A stretch of DNA of 64,000 bases from Candidatus Woesearchaeota archaeon (GTDB lineage Archaea > Nanobdellota > Nanobdellia > Woesearchaeales > UBA10216). A program made the translations under genes and the position numbers. The notes beneath the pieces are model-generated. The model had not been told where the DNA came from and searched no databases. It saw only the letters and a program-made list of their open reading frames with translations. Shown in pieces: positions 57,090 to 64,000 of the stretch (position 1 is the first letter of the stretch; every line of letters begins with the position of its first letter). The stretch covers positions 1,489 through 65,488 of the forward strand of contig JACQST010000043.1 in assembly GCA_016211185.1 (NCBI GenBank), in the 5' to 3' direction.

Positions 57090-57365
57090 ATGCCTGAGCG
57101 CTTTTACGAAAAAATAAAGCTGCACATCCTGAAAAAGCTTTTTGATATGCGCTGCTGGATGGGGAAACACGCTAGCATTCATACCATGCAAAAGGGATTG
57201 CCTTCACACGCAAGGGATTCCAAAACAATAAGCAAGGTCATCAGTGAGCTGGCACAAAAGGAATGGATTTTAACAAAGCCAACACATTACGGGCTGGAAT
57301 TATCGCTTAATATCCAAAAGAAAAGAGATATTGAGGAGTTCATAGAGGCGAACTTGGATTTTTAA
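57090..57365 (+). CDS. Winged-helix-like small regulator (hypothetical)
   Basis: Divergent from 56607..56930 across an AT-rich repeat-containing spacer. Start chosen at MPERFYEK. Confidence 0.4.
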   Translation: MPERFYEKIKLHILKKLFDMRCWMGKHASIHTMQKGLPSHARDSKTISKVISELAQKEWILTKPTHYGLELSLNIQKKRDIEEFIEANLDF

Positions 57366-57546
57366 GATTCAATTGGACGAAAAACGAAAGTTTTTTAAGT
57401 AACCTTTACACTGCTTGTAAAAGTATGGGTTCATTAAAAGAAAAGTTACTGGAGTTTCGGGCAGCATTTCCGGATTTACGAGCTTTCTTGGCTCATACAA
57501 CGTCTGCCATAGCCTTTGCGCAGGGCTTATCGGTCTTCTAAGCATA

Positions 57547-57825
57547 TTGGGAATTGTTGTAGCAGGCATGCCGCTATTGTTTCTTACAAAAGTGGCTGTT
57601 TATTTCTGGATTACCTCTGTAGGGCTGCTGTTGCTGATGGCTGTTTTAAAGGCAACAGCCTTAAAGGGGCTTTCCTCCAGAATGCTTGTGCTTAATTCAG
57701 GGTTTATTTTCTTAGGAATTCCTTTCAATCTTGACTATAATGTCCTGTTCAGGATAATAGGTGGGATGCTTATCTCGATCGCGTTAGCTCTAATAATTAA
57801 AGCTAAATGGAGGGATAAAAAATGA
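57547..57825 (+). CDS. Small hypothetical membrane protein (92 aa)
   Basis: Three TM helices; overlaps the next gene by 4 nt. Confidence 0.4.
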   Translation: MGIVVAGMPLLFLTKVAVYFWITSVGLLLLMAVLKATALKGLSSRMLVLNSGFIFLGIPFNLDYNVLFRIIGGMLISIALALIIKAKWRDKK

Positions 57826-58472
57826 AGATTGAAAATGCGCTTCTTTACGGTTGCCTTGCAGTAGCTATCACGGCACTGGTTTTTACGGCATATACTTTTA
57901 CAGCAACAATGCATATGCTCGAAAATAAAGACACGCCCGCGAGTCCAGTAGCTCGCTCTGGAAAAATTCTTTTCGCGGAATTCGACCAAAAAAAAGTGGT
58001 TGGGTTTATGGACTCTAATCACGATGGCCTGTGCGATTTGTGTGGGATGAGGATAGAGGACTGTATTGCTGCCGGAATGCTGGAATGCACAATGGATCCT
58101 AACGCCAGAATAGGGCTTTTGGGAAGCCAGCATGCCCATGCTGACATCAAGGTTTATGTAGGAGGAGAGGAGGTAAACCTTGCTGATCCTAAATATTTTG
58201 TAAAAAGCAGATTTGTGCACGTTGAAAATGACGGTCCGGGAAAGTCAGGGAACATCGTGCATGTCCATTCAAGCGGCATTAGAGTGGGATTTCTCCTTGA
58301 AAGCCTCGGGATAAGCAGCAAGGACCTGAAGGTTTATGTGAATAATGAACCCCAGAAAGCAGGGCTCGAATATGTCATCAGGGACCATGACAGAATCCTT
58401 GTGACAGACAGCTCTGACGAAAGCAGGATAAACAGTCAGATTGGCTCACTGACATCCTTTACCTCACTTTAA
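57822..58472 (+). CDS. Membrane-anchored secreted protein (hypothetical)
   Basis: N-terminal TM anchor, then a His/Cys-containing domain (DSNHDGLCDLCG, HAHADIKVYVGGEEV, NIVHVHSSG). Confidence 0.45.
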   Translation: MKIENALLYGCLAVAITALVFTAYTFTATMHMLENKDTPASPVARSGKILFAEFDQKKVVGFMDSNHDGLCDLCGMRIEDCIAAGMLECTMDPNARIGLLGSQHAHADIKVYVGGEEVNLADPKYFVKSRFVHVENDGPGKSGNIVHVHSSGIRVGFLLESLGISSKDLKVYVNNEPQKAGLEYVIRDHDRILVTDSSDESRINSQIGSLTSFTSL

Positions 58473-58520
58473 CAGGGTAGGCGAAACATTTAAATAATTA
58501 GTTTTCCGGATTTTATGTAA

Positions 58521-59087
58521 ATGCCTCACTCCAACTTTGCTGGTGTCCTGTCTTTTTTCGATAGGATTGGCGTATTTGAGGTTTTGCTTCCTTTTCTTCT
58601 TGTTTTCACGCTTGTGTTTGCGCTGCTTGAGAAGACAAGGATTTTCGGGGTTGAGAAGCTTCCCACTGGTGAGGAGTACACGAGGAAGAATCTTAACGCT
58701 ATGACTGCGTTCTCCATAGCTTTTTTCGTGGTGGCTTCTTCAAGGATTGTTGAGATAATCACTAAGGTTTCTGCCAACATGATTGTGTTGCTGCTGGCTT
58801 CTGTGTTTTTCCTTCTGCTTGTGGGCTCTTTCCATCAGGAGAAGAAGGAGGGATTCTTCCTTGAGAAGGGGTGGAGGACTGTGTTCATGCTTATCATGTT
58901 TGTGGGGCTTGCGGTTATTTTCCTTGATGCGATGAAGATTGGCAGCAGGTCGTGGCTTCAGCAGATTATTGGCTGGCTGCAGGGTTTCGGGACTAATGAC
59001 GTTGTTCCTTCTATTGTTCTTTTGCTTGTGATGATAGGGATAATTGCCTACATTACGCACACGCCCAAGCCTGAGGCTTCCAAATAG
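58521..59087 (+). CDS. Hypothetical polytopic membrane protein, tandem paralog A
   Basis: Shares LLPFLLVFTLVFALLEKTRIFG with B and C. Confidence 0.55.
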   Translation: MPHSNFAGVLSFFDRIGVFEVLLPFLLVFTLVFALLEKTRIFGVEKLPTGEEYTRKNLNAMTAFSIAFFVVASSRIVEIITKVSANMIVLLLASVFFLLLVGSFHQEKKEGFFLEKGWRTVFMLIMFVGLAVIFLDAMKIGSRSWLQQIIGWLQGFGTNDVVPSIVLLLVMIGIIAYITHTPKPEASK

Positions 59088-59140
59088 GTTAAATATTTAA
59101 AGGAGCTATAACCATGTTGTGTCTAAAAGTGGTGATGTGA

Positions 59141-59728
59141 TTGGTTGCTGACGGCTTTAACCGGATTTTCATTGTTCTTGACGAGTTGAACGTTCTTGAC
59201 TCGCTGCTGCCTTTCCTCCTGATATTCACGTTGGTTTATGCTATTATGGAGAAAACCAAGATTATTGGAGAGGGCCGGAAGAATTTCAACGTGATTGTGG
59301 CCCTTATTCTGTCCTTGATGGTGGTTATCCCTCACATTATGGGTAGGTTTCCTCCTGGTCAGGACCCTGTGGTGATTATTAACACGGCTCTTCCGAGCGT
59401 TTCCATAGTGATTGTGGCCATTCTTGCGGTTCTGCTATTAATCGGCATTTTCGGGAAGAACCTCGACATTGCAGGCAGTTCACTTGCAGGCTGGGTCGCG
59501 ATTGGTGCTTTTGCCATTGTTTTCTGGATTTTTGGCTCTGCTGCAGGATGGTTTGGCGAGTTTCCGGCTGTATTCGGCTTCCTGAATGACCCTGATACGC
59601 AGGCTCTCTTGATAATGATACTGGTGTTCGGCCTAATAATAATGTTCATAACGTCTGATAGTGGTGAACGCAGGATTACCGGGCCGTTTGGAAAAATCCT
59701 TGATGCGTTCAGGGGAGCTATCAAGTAG
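59141..59728 (+). CDS. Hypothetical polytopic membrane protein, tandem paralog B
   Basis: LLPFLLIFTLVYAIMEKTKIIG. Confidence 0.55.
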   Translation: MVADGFNRIFIVLDELNVLDSLLPFLLIFTLVYAIMEKTKIIGEGRKNFNVIVALILSLMVVIPHIMGRFPPGQDPVVIINTALPSVSIVIVAILAVLLLIGIFGKNLDIAGSSLAGWVAIGAFAIVFWIFGSAAGWFGEFPAVFGFLNDPDTQALLIMILVFGLIIMFITSDSGERRITGPFGKILDAFRGAIK

Positions 59729-59743
59729 CCCTTTGGTGAAGGG

Positions 59744-60310
59744 TTGAAAATGGCAACTGTTCTTGACCTGTCTGTCCTGAAGACATTTATGCCGGTTTTT
59801 AGCTGGATTTTCGCTTTTCTGCTTGTTTACGGCTTTCTGGAGATGACCCAGATTTTCAGGAACAGGGGCATTCACGCGATGCTTGCCTTTGTTTTTTCTG
59901 TGATGGTGGCTGTTTCAGGAACTGCTACTGCCACGATTGCGGCTATGGCTCCGTGGTTCCTTGTAGTGATTTTTTTTATCTTCATCATTTACCTGATAGG
60001 CAACTTTATGGGGCTGAGCAGCGGTGACATTCTTGGCGCTGTTGGCGGCAAGGGTGCTGTGTGGTGGTTTATTATCATCGGGTTTATCATTCTTGCTGCA
60101 GGGCTTAGCCAGACCTTTGGGCAGAGGCTTCTTGAGGCCCGGCAGGGTGGTGGGGGGAATGAGACCTTTGTTCCTGTTCAGGGCGAGGGCCAGCCGACTC
60201 ACGGCCAGGCTGTCCTTCTTATTCTGACTAACCCGAAGGTTCTTGGAATGCTACTGCTGTTCTTTATCGCAGCCCTGACTGTTTCCCTGATGACAGGGCC
60301 TGTCAAGTAG
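59744..60310 (+). CDS. Hypothetical polytopic membrane protein, tandem paralog C
   Basis: FMPVFSWIFAFLLVYGFLEMTQIF; similar length and topology, with a Gly-rich loop. Confidence 0.5.
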   Translation: MKMATVLDLSVLKTFMPVFSWIFAFLLVYGFLEMTQIFRNRGIHAMLAFVFSVMVAVSGTATATIAAMAPWFLVVIFFIFIIYLIGNFMGLSSGDILGAVGGKGAVWWFIIIGFIILAAGLSQTFGQRLLEARQGGGGNETFVPVQGEGQPTHGQAVLLILTNPKVLGMLLLFFIAALTVSLMTGPVK

Positions 60311-60350
60311 TTGTTTGGCTGCTCAGTATAGAATCTCGGTATAGAATAAG

Positions 60351-61019
60351 TCACTTCTTTTTCAGGTCCTTTACAGCCCTTGACAGCTCGTTGACGTTTT
60401 CTGTGAATGTCGGGAGGAGCTTCTGGAAGACTTTTTCAAGGGCTTTCAGCTCGGAGTTTACGTTTGTGACGTTCTGGTCGTAGTCGTTTATCTTTGACAG
60501 CACTGCTTTCTGGAGCGTGTCGAAGCTCTGCTTTAGGTCCTGCTGTCTCTGCTCAAGAGCCTTTATGTTTGCTTCCATGGTGTTTTTCCAGTCAACTATC
60601 TTGTTTATGTCCTTGAGAAGGTCGTTCCACTTTTCCTCTATTATTGCTTCAGCCACTTCCTCGATTTTTTCCTCGTATGACTGGGTTTGCTGAGGCTGGG
60701 CTGGCTCGTATTCCTGGTATGCCTGCTGAGGCTGCTGTGGCTGGATTTCCTGCGGGGTTTGCTGGTCAAAATATGGTGCGCCGGGTATCTGGTCTCCTGT
60801 GCGGCCTATCTCTGCCTGGTTCAGAGCATCAAATACCTGGTGGGTTTTGTAGCCGTTCCTTTGCAGTGTCTCTATTATTTGCGAGTTTGAAAGTCCTTGC
60901 TGCCTGAGCCTCGTGACTTCGTCGACAGGAGTTATGGGCTGCGGCATGGGCGGTGGCGGAACTTGCTGTGGCTGCTGTTCTGGCGCCTTTTCTTTCTTTC
61001 TTATCTGGAATAGACCCAT
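60351..61019 (-). CDS. Hypothetical protein with a Pro/Gln-rich N-terminus, an HTH-like segment and a C-terminal coiled-coil
   Basis: Track ORF of 222 aa. Confidence 0.4.
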   Translation of the reverse strand: MGLFQIRKKEKAPEQQPQQVPPPPMPQPITPVDEVTRLRQQGLSNSQIIETLQRNGYKTHQVFDALNQAEIGRTGDQIPGAPYFDQQTPQEIQPQQPQQAYQEYEPAQPQQTQSYEEKIEEVAEAIIEEKWNDLLKDINKIVDWKNTMEANIKALEQRQQDLKQSFDTLQKAVLSKINDYDQNVTNVNSELKALEKVFQKLLPTFTENVNELSRAVKDLKKK

Positions 61020-61066
61020 GTTGCGTTATCTGCTCGCGGGAGCGCTGTTTTTAAAATTTGCGTTAT

Positions 61067-61453
61067 TCATTTCGTTATTTCTTCTGCTGCTCGCTTGGCT
61101 ATCTTCTCGGCTTCGCTTCTGGTTATGAAGTTTACTGGCTCCCACAGGTTCAGGTATTTTTTTAGAACGTCAACATCCTCTCTTTTTGCAAGCGTGTGCA
61201 GCTCTTTTATTATGAATTCTATCTTCTCGTTGAGGTCTTCTGCCTGCTTCTTCAGGTCTGTTATTTCTGAGTTGAGTGTCTTGAACTCTGAGTGGGCTTT
61301 CTTGTTGGCTGTTATGACGTTTTCCTCAAGCACCTGTACTCTCCTTATGAGGTTGTTGTAGCGCTCTTCAAGGTTTCTGACTGCCCTGCCGGAATCTGGC
61401 GCGGCTGTGTCTTGTAAGGCTGGTTGCATTTTTAGGAACATATTTATATACAT
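61067..61453 (-). CDS. Hypothetical coiled-coil protein (128 aa)
   Basis: Track ORF. Confidence 0.4.
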   Translation of the reverse strand: MYINMFLKMQPALQDTAAPDSGRAVRNLEERYNNLIRRVQVLEENVITANKKAHSEFKTLNSEITDLKKQAEDLNEKIEFIIKELHTLAKREDVDVLKKYLNLWEPVNFITRSEAEKIAKRAAEEITK

Positions 61454-61476
61454 TTGTTGGCTAATTAAATGTTTCG

Positions 61477-63762
61477 GTGGGCTTGATGGATATCGATAAA
61501 GAGGGCTGTTTCGGCTGGGACTTGCTGAGGGAGGGCGAGGAGAATGTGCTCAGGGTTAACTGTGAGCAGTGCTCGTTTTTCCCATCGATTGAGGACAATC
61601 CTCTGGTGATGTCAAAGCTTATGGATATCCTGATTTCTAACCAGGGTGTTAGCAGGATAATCTTTTACCAGAAGCGTGACTATGAGTATGATTATGAGCA
61701 GACCAGGCTGCTTACAGAGGTAGCCCGGATTCAGAACCGGCTGGTTAAGGGCGGCTTTGCTGCCCACAGGGTGTTTGGGGTTAACGCGAAGGCTGACCAG
61801 AGGTATGTGGAACTGCAGAACATGGTTCATAACGTCCTCAAGAGCGACCCTGTAAGTGCGTTTGTTGAGATTAAGAGGATTCATAGGCGCGAGGTTTTAA
61901 GGCTTGAGTCGCTTCCGCAGGAGTATGTTGAGAGGCAGAAGGCCTATGTTGCGCTTCTTGAGGGCGTCGCGAGGGTTATTGAAGATTCTCGCCTGGTAAG
62001 GCTCGCCGGGCCTTTCCTTGCAGGCCACAAGCCCGGTGACAGAGCTGTCTACAGGGAGCTGTTCAGGCCCATTACAAAGCCTGACTTCATGTTTACCAAG
62101 CTGATGGCTGCGTTTCCTGCTGAGGCTGAGGAGATTGACAGCTACACTGTGAAGGACAGCGAGGTTGCGATTTTCAGGGTCCCTGACACAATCAAGCTTC
62201 TTTATCATTTGACCCCTCCTGAGTTCAGGCTTTCTGAGGAGAAGTATGAGATTCTTGATGCTGCCCGCTCCATCATCTCCGAGCACAAGCCGCAGAAGTC
62301 TGAGTTTGTCGACCCTGAGCGGCTGAGGCAGGTGTTTTCGAATGTTGGCTCAGACCTTATTGAGGAGCTTTCTTCTTCCAGAGGCGTCAAGCTGAGGAAC
62401 TCCGAAGTAGGGGAATTGACCCGCATCCTTGTCCGCCACACGATTGGTTTCGGGCTGATTGACGTGCTTCTTCAGGACGAGAAGGTTCAGGACATCACAG
62501 TAAACAGTCCCATGGGCATGAATCCTGTCTTTCTTGTGCATGAGTCTTATGAGGACTGCTTTACCAACATCATCCCTTCGCAGAGCGAGGGTGAGTCATG
62601 GGGGTCTAAGCTGAGGCTGCTTTCCGGCCGGCCGCTTGATGAAGCCAATCCCATACTCGACACTGAGCTGGTCATTCCGAATGCGAGGGCGAGGGTTGCA
62701 GTTATAGGCCCTCCTCTTGACCCTTCTGGGCTTGCGTACGCGTTCAGGCGCCACAGGGACAAGCCGTGGACTTTGCCCCTGTTTGTGAAGCAGAGGATGC
62801 TGTCGCCTCTGGCTGCTGGGCTGCTGAGCTTTGTGATTGATGGCTCCAGGACACTGCTGATTGCAGGGACGAGGAGTGCTGGAAAGACTTCTTTACTCGG
62901 AGCTTTGATGACTGAAATCATGAGGAAGCACAGGCTGATTACTATTGAGGACACGCTTGAGTTGCCTGTTTCTGCTTTGAAGGAGCTTGGCTACAACATC
63001 CAGTCTATGAAGGTTGCGAGTGCCATGACCCGGGGCACTACTGAGGTTCCGGCTGATGAGGGTATCAGGACAACCCTTAGGCTGGGCGACTCAGGGCTTA
63101 TCGTGGGGGAAGTGAGGTCTGTTGAGGCCAAGGCCCTGTATGAGGCCATGAGGGTTGGAGCGCTCGCCAATGTTGTTGCTGGAACCATTCATGGCGATTC
63201 GCCCTTCGGTATCTTTGACAGGGTTGTCAATGACCTTGGTGTTCCGAGGACTTCGTTCAAGGCCACAGATATAATAGTGGTGGCAAATCCAATAAGGAGC
63301 GCTGACGGGCTTCACAGGTGGAGGAGGGTTACCCAGATAACAGAGGTTGGAAAGTTTTGGGTGGATGACCCGCTCATAGAGAAGGGCTTCAGGGACCTGA
63401 TGAAGTATAACTCTGAAACAGACACTGTTGAGCCGACAGCAGACCTCCTTAACGGTGATAGCGACATATTGAAGGCGATTGCCGGAAACGTGAAGGAGTG
63501 GTCTGGGAGCTGGGATGCTGTTTGGGATAATGTGCTTTTGAGGGCGAAGATGAAGGAGGCGCTGATAGGCTATTCCGACAGGCTTGGAATGCCTGACATG
63601 CTTGAGGCAGGGTTCGTAATTCAGGCAAATGATGAGTTTCACAGGGTTGCTGAGTCTGTGAGGGAGGAGCTGGGCTTTCTGGACAGCAAGAGGATTTTCT
63701 TTGATTGGAATGAGTGGCTCAAGAGGAAGGTCAAGAAGGCGAGCATTGCCAGCGAGGTATGA
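61477..63762 (+). CDS. Type IV filament assembly ATPase (GspE/VirB11/FlaI superfamily) with a long N-terminal extension
   Basis: AGTRSAGKTSLLGALM Walker A, DSGLIVGEVR Walker B/Asp box, and conserved His/Glu boxes; 761 aa. Confidence 0.8.
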   Translation: MGLMDIDKEGCFGWDLLREGEENVLRVNCEQCSFFPSIEDNPLVMSKLMDILISNQGVSRIIFYQKRDYEYDYEQTRLLTEVARIQNRLVKGGFAAHRVFGVNAKADQRYVELQNMVHNVLKSDPVSAFVEIKRIHRREVLRLESLPQEYVERQKAYVALLEGVARVIEDSRLVRLAGPFLAGHKPGDRAVYRELFRPITKPDFMFTKLMAAFPAEAEEIDSYTVKDSEVAIFRVPDTIKLLYHLTPPEFRLSEEKYEILDAARSIISEHKPQKSEFVDPERLRQVFSNVGSDLIEELSSSRGVKLRNSEVGELTRILVRHTIGFGLIDVLLQDEKVQDITVNSPMGMNPVFLVHESYEDCFTNIIPSQSEGESWGSKLRLLSGRPLDEANPILDTELVIPNARARVAVIGPPLDPSGLAYAFRRHRDKPWTLPLFVKQRMLSPLAAGLLSFVIDGSRTLLIAGTRSAGKTSLLGALMTEIMRKHRLITIEDTLELPVSALKELGYNIQSMKVASAMTRGTTEVPADEGIRTTLRLGDSGLIVGEVRSVEAKALYEAMRVGALANVVAGTIHGDSPFGIFDRVVNDLGVPRTSFKATDIIVVANPIRSADGLHRWRRVTQITEVGKFWVDDPLIEKGFRDLMKYNSETDTVEPTADLLNGDSDILKAIAGNVKEWSGSWDAVWDNVLLRAKMKEALIGYSDRLGMPDMLEAGFVIQANDEFHRVAESVREELGFLDSKRIFFDWNEWLKRKVKKASIASEV

Positions 63763-64000
63763 ACATGGAGCAGGGCAAGGAAGACCTCATCGCAAAGTAC
63801 AAGGCGCGGCTTGAAGGGCAATTCGCGGCAAAGGGGGAAGCTGCAGCCAGGAAGGTTGCGAAGGAATCTGCTCTCTCAACTAATTATCTCGAGTTCAAGA
63901 AGGAGCTGCTGCCCAAGCACCTTAGCACTTATGAGCGGCTTTGCAATGTGAGCGGGAGGCTTCTCAGGATAAAGCCTGACAAGAAGCAGTCAGAATCTTT
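63758..64000 (+). CDS. Probable TadC/FlaJ-like platform membrane protein, N-terminal part only (runs off the window)
   Basis: ATG overlaps the ATPase stop (ATGA). The open frame MNMEQGKEDLIAKYKARLEGQF... continues to the window end; the assignment rests mainly on its position. Confidence 0.35.

Noticed and set aside
60351-61019. ESCRT-III-like protein because of the MGLF N-terminus
   Set aside because: Downstream of the N-terminus there is no basic alpha1-alpha2 hairpin and no acidic C-terminal tail arrangement. The domain order (Pro/Gln-rich, HTH-like, coiled-coil) does not fit ESCRT-III.

Overview
This is an archaeal chromosomal segment of about 50% GC with tightly packed genes. The archaeal assignment rests on EF-1alpha next to ribosomal protein S10, GatD/GatE, a Cdc48 AAA ATPase, an archaeal-type triosephosphate isomerase with the EPPELIG motif, SepF, a UbiA-type prenyltransferase with PAP2, ELP3, TruD, deoxyhypusine synthase, and class-III-signal pilin-like proteins. 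Two tRNA genes appear to carry introns, one of them at two non-canonical positions; lineage was not resolved. No rRNA and no CRISPR array were found.

Most of the window is recognisable housekeeping: tuf-rps10, a grpE-dnaK-dnaJ operon with a K+ channel gene between dnaK and dnaJ, gatD and gatE in one long minus-strand operon with cdc48, tpiA, sepF, nnrD, ogg, a P-type ATPase, ELP3, NOP2/Sun, YchF, TruD, DHS, TatD, GT4 and a lipid-synthesis pair.

Mobile and accessory content:
- a 453-aa LAGLIDADG intein inside Cdc48
- an 890-bp IS-like element with perfect 16-bp terminal inverted repeats and a SWIM-zinc-finger transposase-like gene
- an AT-rich islet at 26.5-30.3 kb carrying vapBC, a GTPase/DUF2073/Zn-ribbon triad and an extended UPF0175 plus DUF3368-PIN pair
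- a stand-alone 341-aa PIN protein
- a decayed vapC remnant

Uncharacterised clusters worth attention:
- three co-directional unknown genes at the window start, ending in a xylose-isomerase-like TIM barrel
- two paralogous large membrane proteins with Pro/Gly/Ala linkers and divergent C-termini, with a coiled-coil ORF that begins directly after an in-frame stop
- three tandem paralogous ~190-aa membrane proteins next to a membrane-anchored secreted protein and a type-IV-filament ATPase/platform locus
- paralogous membrane proteins flanking truD
- two unknown genes inserted between gatD and gatE
- a 50-bp duplication of the 5' part and leader of tRNA-Thr

All calls come from reading the ORF translations and sequence motifs by eye; no database search was possible.
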